This document shows positions 1 to 9,683 of a stretch of 64,000 bases of DNA, piece by piece. The notes below the pieces were generated by a model. It saw only the letters and a program-made list of their open reading frames with translations, made no database searches and was not told the origin of the DNA. The stretch lies in NCBI GenBank assembly GCA_022840695.1, contig JALHDC010000001.1:2516-66515 (forward strand), given 5' to 3'. A program made the position numbers and the translations under genes. Position 1 is the stretch's first letter. Each line of letters starts with the position of its first letter. The stretch comes from a bacterium. GTDB lineage: Bacteria; Patescibacteriota; Dojkabacteria; SC72.

Positions 1-1924
1 GGTCTATGTTATGTTCTCTTAGGTTATCATTACATCCTTGGTCAAATGCTGTTAAGTACATTATTACGGATCCTCCTTCGTTTCCATTTATGGATACTCT
101 TGTATTATTCGTATTTATGTACGGGGTTGTATTGATATTTGATATCTTCCAGCTATTACTATCATTCATTAGGCCTATTTGGTCTTCTGGGGGGATGTTA
201 TCCAAGGTTATATCGCTGTAACCAACTAAGCTTATGGTGTCATTTATTAGGAAACCTTCTCTGTAGGCATTGATTACGGTATCAGTTATATTACTTGATG
301 TACCCTCTACATTCCAGTTAAGGTATAGTTCTTGGGGTCCCAGGACAACTTGGGACAGGTCAATCATGGTAGGGATTACAAGATCTATACCCCAGTTAAA
401 ATATCTTTGCATACGGCTTATATCCACTCTTCCGTCACTTAGTAGCATATATTGGTCAAGGGTTATACTTTTGAAGTTATACATTCCTTCTAGGTTATCT
501 GTGAGGTTGGGGATTAGTTCTAGGTTAAATTCGAAGGTTACTATTTGGCTTCCTTGGGTTATTTCTATATCAGAGACTCGGGCTATATTATTTCCGCTAC
601 TATTTTTTAATGTTTTATCTGATATTACTGCCCATGTATTATTACTGTTAATTCCATACACAAGTGGGGGATTATTCCAGGAGTTATTATCTTGGAGAAT
701 CATTATTCCCAGTTCATCTGTACTGCTTGAGGTGTAGTTACTTACTATGTTTGGAAGTTGTGGAGTATTATTTGATTTACTAAACCACACTACAGTTCCT
801 TTTATTTCGTTATTACCATCAATATCCTTGGATCCCACCCTTATTTTAAGGGGGTTGTTTACCTGGGTTCCTGTATATTCTTCTGTTTTGCATCCTTTAG
901 GGGAGGTTGAGTCTTCTTCCCCTACTTCTGGAAGGAATTCCTCCTTAGTACACTGTTGGTCAGGGAGCATTAAGCAGGGCTCTTCAGGATCTCCGGTATT
1001 TGGGTCTATACAGTTAGGGTCAGTAGCAAGGAGTGAGGGGTCCCAATCGCACACATCTATATCTACAATTGGTAAATTGTCTACCTTGTAGTAGGTTTCC
1101 AAAGGAAGGGAATATTCTTTGTTTGTATTACAGAGATTTTCTGTGTAATACATTCCACTTACTTGTCCTTTAGCATTTTCTTTGAGTACTTGGGGTATGG
1201 TTAAGGAGGTTGGAGTAAAGTTTTGGGTATTATTTATTGATTCAACACAGTAGTCTTCTCCTCTAGAGCAATCAAAGGGAAGCCATTCATTGTCTATTCC
1301 GTAGTTATTGGCTCTAAAGGCATATCCCAGTCCATTTGAGGTTGGAGGGGTTGGTCTTGTTGGTATGGATGTTTGTACATTGTTTGCGGGTGAGGGATAT
1401 TTTACTGTGGTTGGGGTTGAGGAATTTAATGACAAAGAATAATTCTCACCATCCACTATCATGTTTAATGAGGTCGGAATTGATTGAGCTACATTACTCT
1501 CTGTTTTATAGCATGTAGTTCTTTGTGTGCATGTATTATTACAACCGTTTAGATATGTACAGCTTACTTCCTGAGTATCTGTACTACACAAATTATTTGG
1601 GTTAGTTGTTGTATATCCTGCTGGACAGGATGGTGCAGTACAAGATCCACTACAAGAATTATTACATGGAGGGGGAGGGCAAGGACAAGAGTAATCATCA
1701 CAACCAGAAGTTGCTTTTTCACAGACATATTCTCTGTAAAGAAACCTTCCCATTTCATCACGAACGGTTCTCCAATAACAATAATCACAACTATACATAC
1801 CTCCACTGTGTCCACAAGAATACCACCGACAACAACATTGAGCAGACACAAATTGTCTGGAAGAAACAAACAACAATATTACAAAAAATAATATTGTTAA
1901 AAATATTTTAATTAACTTCTTCAT
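1..1924 (-). CDS. Large secreted Cys/Pro-rich surface protein; start at 1924, 3' end beyond the window start. At least 641 codons in window; absent from the ORF track because there is no in-window stop.
   Basis: Manual minus-strand translation gives an uninterrupted frame from ATG at 1924-1922 to position 1. N-terminus MKKLIKIFLTILFFVILLFVSSRQFVSAQ is signal-peptide-like. It is followed by a Cys-rich block (CCCRWYSCGH...CPCPPPPCNNSCSGSCTAPSCPAGY), then a Thr/Asn/Ser-rich region. The plus-strand track ORFs 270..737, 747..1091, 1336..1518 are antisense shadows. Confidence 0.6.
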   Translation of the reverse strand, partial: MKKLIKIFLTILFFVILLFVSSRQFVSAQCCCRWYSCGHSGGMYSCDYCYWRTVRDEMGRFLYREYVCEKATSGCDDYSCPCPPPPCNNSCSGSCTAPSCPAGYTTTNPNNLCSTDTQEVSCTYLNGCNNTCTQRTTCYKTESNVAQSIPTSLNMIVDGENYSLSLNSSTPTTVKYPSPANNVQTSIPTRPTPPTSNGLGYAFRANNYGIDNEWLPFDCSRGEDYCVESINNTQNFTPTSLTIPQVLKENAKGQVSGMYYTENLCNTNKEYSLPLETYYKVDNLPIVDIDVCDWDPSLLATDPNCIDPNTGDPEEPCLMLPDQQCTKEEFLPEVGEEDSTSPKGCKTEEYTGTQVNNPLKIRVGSKDIDGNNEIKGTVVWFSKSNNTPQLPNIVSNYTSSSTDELGIMILQDNNSWNNPPLVYGINSNNTWAVISDKTLKNSSGNNIARVSDIEITQGSQIVTFEFNLELIPNLTDNLEGMYNFKSITLDQYMLLSDGRVDISRMQRYFNWGIDLVIPTMIDLSQVVLGPQELYLNWNVEGTSSNITDTVINAYREGFLINDTISLVGYSDITLDNIPPEDQIGLMNDSNSWKISNINTTPYINTNNTRVSINGNEGGSVIMYLTAFDQGCNDNLREHNID

Positions 1925-3449
1925 AATTTTCTAATAATATCTTTAATAACCTCGCATTTGTCCTTATGTTATAATAGTTATCATTTTCCCATATACCTTT
2001 CTTATTATCATCATTATACAAATTAACATATACAGATTTGAAAACCCTTGAAAGAAAAAGGTCTCTTAGCTCCATATCCTCCTGATAGGCCTCAATACAT
2101 AAAAATGAAGCATAAGAACTTGTATCCAATAAAGATAATGTCTTATTTATATCCTCCAAGAACATCAATTTTATATTATTTAATATTTCTAAAAAGAAAG
2201 GGTCGTCACTGTATTGAGAGGCTACTTTTGAGGCATAAGCCAAACTACACACATCTCTCACCCCTATCTCTCCTCTATATATATATTCGTATATCAAAGA
2301 ATCTTTAGCCATTTCTAAAGCGAAGGTCTCAAAAGATCCAATTCCCATATCTTTTACAATAAGAATATCTGGAAGAAAATTTATACTATTCTCCAATGGT
2401 AACATCTCTTCTGTGACCTCATAATTGCTCTTCTCAACAATTCTACTCAAACTTAAACTTTGTAATAAATCCTCCTCCCTAACAAAGACCTCTTGTTTTT
2501 TATTTTGTAAATTTTCTATATCCTTTTTAATTCCGTTAATATTGCAAAATTCCTTAGATAGAAGATTAAAAAATCTTCTATCTCCAATATTATTATCTAT
2601 TTCCTTAATCATATTACAACCAAAAGAGCTATTTTGAATGTGCGATATTTCCTCATTAACAGTTATAAAATCTTTCGATTCACATTCTTTATCATCACAG
2701 GATCCTCCTTCGGAAGTAGCTTCCATTTCTCTTCTATCTTCCCTGTTTTTTAGGAAATTCGCAGTCATAGATTCAAAATTAGCTATAGAGGAGACATCAA
2801 AAAAATTCGAATTTTCTTTCCCAGCATTTTTAAATAAATATGAGTCGATCCAAAGTTGATAGAGGGTTAAGTTATAAAAACCATCTGTATTATGATAAAA
2901 AGTTTCTGTATCTCCACTTTCAGACTTAATATCATATACTTCCGTAGTCACAGATTCTAAATTATCTTTTTCAAGTTTATTAAAATTCTTAATACTATCA
3001 TACAAAATTCCTTGACTATCAAGATATATTTCTTCTCCTAGCTTTAGATCTTCCAATTTAAACGTTATGAGACTATCTTCACTCAAGTTGACTGTTAAGA
3101 GAATGTTTCTTGGGATAGACCCTAAGTCCTGAATGTCCTTATCCGCGGACCAATCAAGATTTAATGAAATATCTTTATAATACAAACTCTCTCCCTTCTC
3201 TGTATCCCAGGCATTTAAATCAAATATAAAATTACTACCCTCTTCCCTTATGTTATACATTATACCCCTTACCTTGTATTCCTTCTCCCCACACTTATTC
3301 TCTACTACAAACCTCTCTAGAAATTCATACCCCCTTGGCAATATTCCGCACCTATACATGAAGAAATACCAATATCCTAGTCCTAAAATACATAATACAA
3401 AAAGGATACTTAATATCGTTAACTTCTTATTTTGGGCAGACCTATTCAT
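1908..3449 (-). CDS. Membrane-anchored acidic protein, paralog B (513 aa), unknown function
   Basis: N-terminus MNRSAQNKKLTILSILFVLCILGLGYWYFF (signal anchor) is nearly identical to the upstream paralog; the C-terminal domain is diverged. No recognisable catalytic motif. Confidence 0.6.
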   Translation of the reverse strand: MNRSAQNKKLTILSILFVLCILGLGYWYFFMYRCGILPRGYEFLERFVVENKCGEKEYKVRGIMYNIREEGSNFIFDLNAWDTEKGESLYYKDISLNLDWSADKDIQDLGSIPRNILLTVNLSEDSLITFKLEDLKLGEEIYLDSQGILYDSIKNFNKLEKDNLESVTTEVYDIKSESGDTETFYHNTDGFYNLTLYQLWIDSYLFKNAGKENSNFFDVSSIANFESMTANFLKNREDRREMEATSEGGSCDDKECESKDFITVNEEISHIQNSSFGCNMIKEIDNNIGDRRFFNLLSKEFCNINGIKKDIENLQNKKQEVFVREEDLLQSLSLSRIVEKSNYEVTEEMLPLENSINFLPDILIVKDMGIGSFETFALEMAKDSLIYEYIYRGEIGVRDVCSLAYASKVASQYSDDPFFLEILNNIKLMFLEDINKTLSLLDTSSYASFLCIEAYQEDMELRDLFLSRVFKSVYVNLYNDDNKKGIWENDNYYNIRTNARLLKILLENYEEVN

Positions 3450-3451
3450 TT

Positions 3452-4669
3452 CTACTCTGTAATTATAGATAATATAACAATTGCAACAGAATCATTAAAT
3501 ACTGATCTCCACGTATCAAATTCTCTTTTTACAAAAGGGAAAAAATTATTTAAATTATATTCCTCATACGAGGAACACATATTAGACAAGAAACAAAATT
3601 TTGCATTATAATCATTGTATGTATAGTTGCTTATCCTTACCTCGGATCCTTCAAGATTAAGATTCCTCCTTATCCCATTTAACCAGAATACTGTTTCTTC
3701 ATTAATATTATGAAAATTATACAAATAATTAATACTAGCTCCATACAATCTCAAATACTTATCAGAACTCATAGAACTACAATATTTAATATCATCCGCA
3801 AACAATCTTAAACTATCATTATATTCAGGAGGTAAAGAACCCTCTAAATAAAGAGATCCTATTAAATTACTCATATCTCCATCATTAACAATATTGTTTG
3901 TTCCATCCGGAGATTCTAAAATAGAAGTATATTCCAAACCTAATTCCTTAGCCGCATAACAAGGAAGATATGAATTCTCTAGACTGAAATATTCCATATT
4001 CTCATCTATGAAATTTTGAATCTCTTCCCTTTGTCCTTCACTCAACCAATCTTCTTCTAAAAGTTTTTTAGCTGCTAGAAGCTCTAACACATCCCTCTTA
4101 TACTGAACATTTTCATCTGTACCTTCTAATTCAGAGGTTTCCTCCTCTCCCTCTAACAACATCTCAGAATTTTCAAGACCTTTTCCCCCAAAACCATTCC
4201 TAATGATTTCAAAAATTCTAAAGAGATATTCATTCCTTTTCTCATCCATTAAAATTTTATTGCCTGATATGTTTATAATATCTGAGACATCTCTACTAAA
4301 CTCAACATCATAGTTATATCCAATCTCAAAAATATCTCCAATATAGTTACAAATTGATATCTCTTTTTCTAGGTTGTCAGATATATTCATATTGTAGACA
4401 ATGGCATCTACCAGAACGCACTCATTACTATCTTTAGGTTGTACATCTTTAATATATATATTTACATTAAAAGATCTCTCTGTAATCTTTTTACTTTCCT
4501 TTGTCTTGTATTCATACAACTCATTGTAATCACCCCAATCATTACTAACAATGGATATTGATATACCATCCTTCTTTACAAAGAAATACCAATATCCTAG
4601 TCCTAAAATACATAATACAAAAAGGATACTTAAAACTATCAACACCTTATTTTGGGCAGACCTATTCAT
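3452..4669 (-). CDS. Membrane-anchored acidic protein, paralog A (405 aa), unknown function
   Basis: N-terminus MNRSAQNKVLIVLSILFVLCILGLGYWYFF. The 5' ~90 nt of this gene (4579..4670) is ~90% identical to 3361..3450 of paralog B. Confidence 0.6.
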   Translation of the reverse strand: MNRSAQNKVLIVLSILFVLCILGLGYWYFFVKKDGISISIVSNDWGDYNELYEYKTKESKKITERSFNVNIYIKDVQPKDSNECVLVDAIVYNMNISDNLEKEISICNYIGDIFEIGYNYDVEFSRDVSDIINISGNKILMDEKRNEYLFRIFEIIRNGFGGKGLENSEMLLEGEEETSELEGTDENVQYKRDVLELLAAKKLLEEDWLSEGQREEIQNFIDENMEYFSLENSYLPCYAAKELGLEYTSILESPDGTNNIVNDGDMSNLIGSLYLEGSLPPEYNDSLRLFADDIKYCSSMSSDKYLRLYGASINYLYNFHNINEETVFWLNGIRRNLNLEGSEVRISNYTYNDYNAKFCFLSNMCSSYEEYNLNNFFPFVKREFDTWRSVFNDSVAIVILSIITE

Positions 4670-4688
4670 TAGATATATACTAGGTTAT

Positions 4689-6524
4689 TTATTTACTCTT
4701 TTCAACCTTTTTCTGCTTCTCATACATACTCTCTAATTCTTTTACAGAAGTAGCCTCTGTAATACCCTTATCTCTACCCCATTCTATTAACCTTGGAAAC
4801 CTTAAAGAAAGACTCCTCTTCCCCTTCTTCATACTTATCTCATCAGCCTCTACCGTAAAAACAATCCTAGGTTCTACCCAAACATCTGGTATTAAACTCT
4901 TCTCTACCTCAACATTATTCGGTTTCTTCTTTACAATATCCCCCTCAAAAGACTTAAAGGTATTCTTCAATTGATCATCACTAAAACCAGTACCAACATT
5001 ACATATTGCTTCAAATGTATTATTATCCTCGTTATACAAAGCTCCTAGTATAGCTCCAACACCCAAACTACTCCTTCTACCAGAACCAAAACTATATCCT
5101 ACTGCAACCAAATCTATACTATCAACCAACTTACTTTCCATTGATTTTTTCAACTTAATCCACTCATAATTCCTAACCCCTGGTAAATATGTACCAATTT
5201 TTTGCTTAACTATGACCCCCTCATGACCCTTTGCTACAGTTCTATTAAAAACCTCATACAACTCCTCTACACTCTTAACCTCCACTGTTTTATCCTTATC
5301 AATAGCACCACCAACACTCAAGGTATTCAATATCTCAACCCTTTCCTCGGTATCTTTCTCGGATATATCAACACTATCCAAATACAAAATATCAAAAGCC
5401 ATAGCCTTAACAGGTATACTCTCTCTCATATTTTTTACATCATACTTTCTTCTCCTTTGCATAGTTTCTTGAAATGTGAGGAATTTCTCAATCTTTGAAT
5501 TCCACCCTAAAACCTCGGAATCAAGAATAAAGGAATCTCTATCTATAGCCATAGCACTTTCTACTACCTCTGGAAACATTTCGGTCACATCTTCAAGGTT
5601 CCTTGTAAAAAGCTTCACTTCATACTTGTTTTCTACACTACTAAAAAGAGAGCTATTATCCTCACTCTCTAAATATTTCAACCATACAGACTCCTTGTGC
5701 CTTAACTCTCCCTTTTCATACTTATGAATCTGGCATCTTAAACCGTCATACTTACTCTGTACAAGAACAGAATCTCCCAACCTTTCGAACACCTCTTCAA
5801 AGGTAGCTACCCTTTCAACTAATCTAGACAAAACAGGAACTCCAGGCTCTATCCTAACACCCTTCAAATTCTTCTCAACCTCTTCTTTTGTATTTTCTAC
5901 TACTAACGAACATATATATCCAATATCTGCATATGCCCCATATGCCCTATCCAACTCTTCCCTTATACCTTTGTCTCCCTGTACTACAAAAGAAAAGACG
6001 TCTAAAAGGGTCTTTGAATTAACTCCAAACCTTAAAGACCCGCAAACTATCCTAGCAAAATATTTAGCTTCTAATGGAGATAGTTTTTTTAATGTATCAG
6101 CAATTATTCCATTCTTTTTCTCTACAGAACCTGTACCATATGTCTTAACTATTTTCCAAAGTATTTCATATATTTCTTCTAAAAAAAGCCCTCCTGACTT
6201 GTATTTTAATTCTTTAACAAAATATTCCAATGTGTCTCCAATATCTCCCAATTCATTCCTTTTCTTCCCAATATTCTCTTTTCTTCCCCCTACTTTCAAA
6301 ATATCTCCTAACAAAGAAACAAAACTTTTTTCAGAATAGTTAAATTCTTTATTTACAAAAAAAGGCACAACCCTTCCAAGTATTAAGTAGGAAAGAATTT
6401 GAGAATCCTCCTTGTTCAGATCTTTGTAAAAGGAAGATAAAATACTAGTCATCTCATTTCGAGAGGCTGTACTCTCTAAATTATTGAAGATTTCACATAC
6501 ACGACTGAATGTTACGTTTTTCAT
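4689..6524 (-). CDS. lig: ATP-dependent DNA ligase (three-domain Lig1/archaeal LigB type)
   Basis: Adenylation motif I SKYDGLRCQIHK (KxDGxR), motif IV EGVIVK, motif V WIKLKK, and a long N-terminal DNA-binding-domain-like region; 611 aa. Confidence 0.9.
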   Translation of the reverse strand: MKNVTFSRVCEIFNNLESTASRNEMTSILSSFYKDLNKEDSQILSYLILGRVVPFFVNKEFNYSEKSFVSLLGDILKVGGRKENIGKKRNELGDIGDTLEYFVKELKYKSGGLFLEEIYEILWKIVKTYGTGSVEKKNGIIADTLKKLSPLEAKYFARIVCGSLRFGVNSKTLLDVFSFVVQGDKGIREELDRAYGAYADIGYICSLVVENTKEEVEKNLKGVRIEPGVPVLSRLVERVATFEEVFERLGDSVLVQSKYDGLRCQIHKYEKGELRHKESVWLKYLESEDNSSLFSSVENKYEVKLFTRNLEDVTEMFPEVVESAMAIDRDSFILDSEVLGWNSKIEKFLTFQETMQRRRKYDVKNMRESIPVKAMAFDILYLDSVDISEKDTEERVEILNTLSVGGAIDKDKTVEVKSVEELYEVFNRTVAKGHEGVIVKQKIGTYLPGVRNYEWIKLKKSMESKLVDSIDLVAVGYSFGSGRRSSLGVGAILGALYNEDNNTFEAICNVGTGFSDDQLKNTFKSFEGDIVKKKPNNVEVEKSLIPDVWVEPRIVFTVEADEISMKKGKRSLSLRFPRLIEWGRDKGITEATSVKELESMYEKQKKVEKSK

Positions 6525-6525
6525 A

Positions 6526-6924
6526 CTAAGAAGGAGTATAGATATATGAGGTAGATTTTGTTAACCCCTCTTGAGACACTATCCCTTTAGCAACTAACAC
6601 ATCCATATCTCGTCTAATTGTCCTTGTTGAAACATTTGGAATTAGGCTATATATCTCACTTGGATCCATTCTACCCTCTTGTCTAATTCTTTCTAAAATT
6701 TTCATCTGCCTTTCATTAAGGCTTAAATCCAATGAAATTTTATTGGACGATATTTTTACTCTACCCTCTTCCTCATTTTCATCAAGAAATACATGATCAG
6801 TTTCTTTACTCTTCTTCTGTTTTAAAAATATAATCAAAAAAAGGGTTAAACCAAAAGTCAGAAGAGTTATTAAATTGAACAGAAAGGAGCTGCTATTTTC
6901 TTCAGAGGTTTTCATAACATACAT
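6526..6924 (-). CDS. Membrane-anchored winged-helix (DeoR-like HTH) transcriptional regulator
   Basis: N-terminal TM segment (FLFNLITLLTFGLTLFLIIFL) plus a C-terminal HTH-like segment (PSEIYSLIPNVSTRTIRRDMDVLVAKGIV). Confidence 0.5.
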   Translation of the reverse strand: MYVMKTSEENSSSFLFNLITLLTFGLTLFLIIFLKQKKSKETDHVFLDENEEEGRVKISSNKISLDLSLNERQMKILERIRQEGRMDPSEIYSLIPNVSTRTIRRDMDVLVAKGIVSQEGLTKSTSYIYTPS

Positions 6925-6995
6925 TATATATTTTAAATCAGAACTTGTTAAATCCTATTTAAAGTTTCAGGAGGTACTAGATTTAATTCAAACTA

Positions 6996-9668
6996 CTATT
7001 TCAATTCGGACATGTTATCGCCAACTGAAGCGTGGACTAGTAAAGGAACTTCAAAAGAAATAGCTTCTTCCATAATCTTTTGAGAAATCTCTACGAAGTC
7101 GTCCATCCTATTCTCCTTAACCTCAAATACTAATTCATCATGTATTTGAAGAAGAATATATGCTTCATCTTTAAAGTTTTTTTGTATTTCTTCATCTAAT
7201 TTAATCATTGCCAATTTCATAATATCTGCTTCACTTCCCTGTATAGGCATATTAACAGCTTCCCTTTGAGCTGCCTTCATCATCCTTATATTCTTAGACC
7301 TAAGTCCCCTAATATTCCTTGTAGTTCCAAACATACTCTGAACATATCCTCTCTTGTAAGCCTCCTTCTCTAGATTTCTAATATATTCTTCTACTCCTTT
7401 GTAGTGACCAAAATAGCTTTGAATGTATTCGGATGCCAAACTACTATCTATACCTAGCATACTGGCTAAACCGTAAGCTGTTTGCCCAAAAAGAATTCCA
7501 AAATTTACTGTTTTACCAATACTTCTCTCCTGCTTAGTAACATCTTCCATCTCTTTGTTTAACAACCTTGACGCTGTCGCTTTATGTATATCCAAATTAT
7601 CCCTAAAGTCCGCTATTAACAGATCATCCTTAGATATATCAGCCATTATTCTTAACTCCATTTGAGAATAGTCCATAGCTACTAGTTTAAATCCTTTCCT
7701 AGCAACAAACGATTTTCTTAATTTCTCAGCCCATTCTCCCTGTAAAGGAAGATTTTGCATATTTGGATTAACAGAGGAAAACCTTCCAGATGTCGTTCCT
7801 GTTTGTTTAAAATCTGTATGTATGGAGTGTTCTTCATTCTCTTTTGCCATTTCTAAAAGAGGAATGGTATATGTGGTATACACCTTGTTTAACTCTCTGT
7901 ATTCAAGTATCTTTGCAACACAGGGATGTGCATCTTTCAGTTCACTTAAGACCGATTCTTTTGTAGATGCCTTTTTGTTAGACGGGAGACCAAGTTCTTT
8001 GAAAAGTATATCTGAAAGCTGTTTTGGTGAATTAATATTAAATTCATGTCCCACAGTATCGTATATTTCTTTTGAGATGCTACTTATACTCTTAGATAGC
8101 TCCTCATTTATCTTTTCTAAATGTTGTATATCGACTGCTATTCCCCTACTTTCCATTCCATAGAGAATCATTGCAATTGGAATCTCTATCTTTCTTAATA
8201 CATTTAAAAAATAATCCTCTTTTACCCCAAGAAATGATTCTATACTACCCCTTGTGTAGTCATATAGCTCAATTTGATTTGCCTTTTCAATTTGACAGGC
8301 TTTTATTTCCTCTACAGTATCTAGCACTTTTCCTAATTCATTAGGAAAGATTTTTTCTCCCAATGTTTGATTAGAGTAGTCAAATGCTAGATCTTTTAGG
8401 GTATACTTACTTCTTTCGGAATTGATTAAATGGGCAAGAAGTCCGATATCGTATGAATTCTCTATTGAAATTTCTTTGAATTGTGAAACTGTGTCTTCTA
8501 GGTAATAAAATGTGGTTTCACAAACCAAAGGCTCTGTGCAACTGAAATTTTTAACTAAATAATCCCCTTTTTCACCCTTCTTGTCCACAATTCTAATCAT
8601 AAAGTAAGAGTCTCCGGTTGCGGACTCAGAGCTACTAATATAGACAACTGTTACCTTCGAGGCGCTAGTAATCATTTTATTAACATCCACATTTTCACTC
8701 CACACTATATTTTCAGTATCTGTAGAGAAAATATCTAACTGATTTGAAGTAACAACCTTTTCGTCCTCCTTTACATCATCTAACCTACTTATTAGCGATT
8801 TAAAAGAATACTTCTTAAATATTTCAACAACCCTTGCTTTATCAAAATCTTTTAACAAAGCCTCTTCTAAACGGACGTCTACGCCAACCTCCTGCTCTAT
8901 CTTAGCCAATTTTCTACTTAATTCAGCCTGCTCTACCCCCTCTAGGAGTAAATTGGCATACCTTGGCTTAATATCCTTTAAATTCTTGTATATACCATCC
9001 ATATCACCGTATTTTTTAAGCAAATCTAGTGCCGTTTTACTACCTACACCCTTGATTCCTGGAATATTATCCGAGGAGTCCCCTGCAATTCCCTTGTAAT
9101 CAACTAATTGTTCAGGATACAGACCTAAGTACTTAAATGTCCCTTCCCTATCATATGCTACCAAATCTTTAAAACTACCAGCTGGAAGGCACACCTTAAT
9201 ATTCTCATCCACTAATTGCAAAAGGTCCCTATCCCCACTAAGGATATATAGTTCTAGGTTTTCATTACTCCATTTACTGCTTCTTACATACTTAGCAATC
9301 GTACCTAATACATCGTCTCCTTCGAATCCATCCTTTTTAACAATTGGTATATTGAAAGCCTTGATAATCTCTTCTACCAATGGAAACTGATCTATCAAAG
9401 ATTGATCTGTAGGTTTTCGTGTTGCTTTGTAATCAACATACTCTAAATGCCTAAACGTTGGCTTATGAGTATCGAATGCACACAACACATATTTAGGATC
9501 AAATGTCTTCAAGGCAGAAAGTAACATAACTGTAAAACCGTATACAGCATTAACCTGAAGGCCGTCCTCCGTTTGTAAAGTTGGTGGATATGCATGAAAT
9601 GCCCTATGAATTATTGCATTAGCATCTATTGCTAGGAATCTATCCTTGTGTGTTTTAACTAAGTTCAT
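6996..9668 (-). CDS. polA: DNA polymerase I
   Basis: N-terminal 5'-3' exonuclease (FLAIDANAIIHRAFHAY...GIPGIKGVGSKTA). Polymerase motifs A (DYSQMELRIMA), B (RSIGKTVNFGILFGQTAYGL) and C (QIHDELVFEV); 890 aa. Confidence 0.93.
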   Translation of the reverse strand: MNLVKTHKDRFLAIDANAIIHRAFHAYPPTLQTEDGLQVNAVYGFTVMLLSALKTFDPKYVLCAFDTHKPTFRHLEYVDYKATRKPTDQSLIDQFPLVEEIIKAFNIPIVKKDGFEGDDVLGTIAKYVRSSKWSNENLELYILSGDRDLLQLVDENIKVCLPAGSFKDLVAYDREGTFKYLGLYPEQLVDYKGIAGDSSDNIPGIKGVGSKTALDLLKKYGDMDGIYKNLKDIKPRYANLLLEGVEQAELSRKLAKIEQEVGVDVRLEEALLKDFDKARVVEIFKKYSFKSLISRLDDVKEDEKVVTSNQLDIFSTDTENIVWSENVDVNKMITSASKVTVVYISSSESATGDSYFMIRIVDKKGEKGDYLVKNFSCTEPLVCETTFYYLEDTVSQFKEISIENSYDIGLLAHLINSERSKYTLKDLAFDYSNQTLGEKIFPNELGKVLDTVEEIKACQIEKANQIELYDYTRGSIESFLGVKEDYFLNVLRKIEIPIAMILYGMESRGIAVDIQHLEKINEELSKSISSISKEIYDTVGHEFNINSPKQLSDILFKELGLPSNKKASTKESVLSELKDAHPCVAKILEYRELNKVYTTYTIPLLEMAKENEEHSIHTDFKQTGTTSGRFSSVNPNMQNLPLQGEWAEKLRKSFVARKGFKLVAMDYSQMELRIMADISKDDLLIADFRDNLDIHKATASRLLNKEMEDVTKQERSIGKTVNFGILFGQTAYGLASMLGIDSSLASEYIQSYFGHYKGVEEYIRNLEKEAYKRGYVQSMFGTTRNIRGLRSKNIRMMKAAQREAVNMPIQGSEADIMKLAMIKLDEEIQKNFKDEAYILLQIHDELVFEVKENRMDDFVEISQKIMEEAISFEVPLLVHASVGDNMSELK

Positions 9669-9683
9669 ATTTCAATTCTACAT

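Noticed and set aside
270-1518. Plus-strand ORFs 270..737, 747..1091 and 1336..1518 (and minus 1564..1869, plus 1606..1911) reported by the track
   Set aside because: All lie antisense or out of frame within the long uninterrupted minus-strand frame 1..1924, which has protein-like composition. They are shadow ORFs of that gene.
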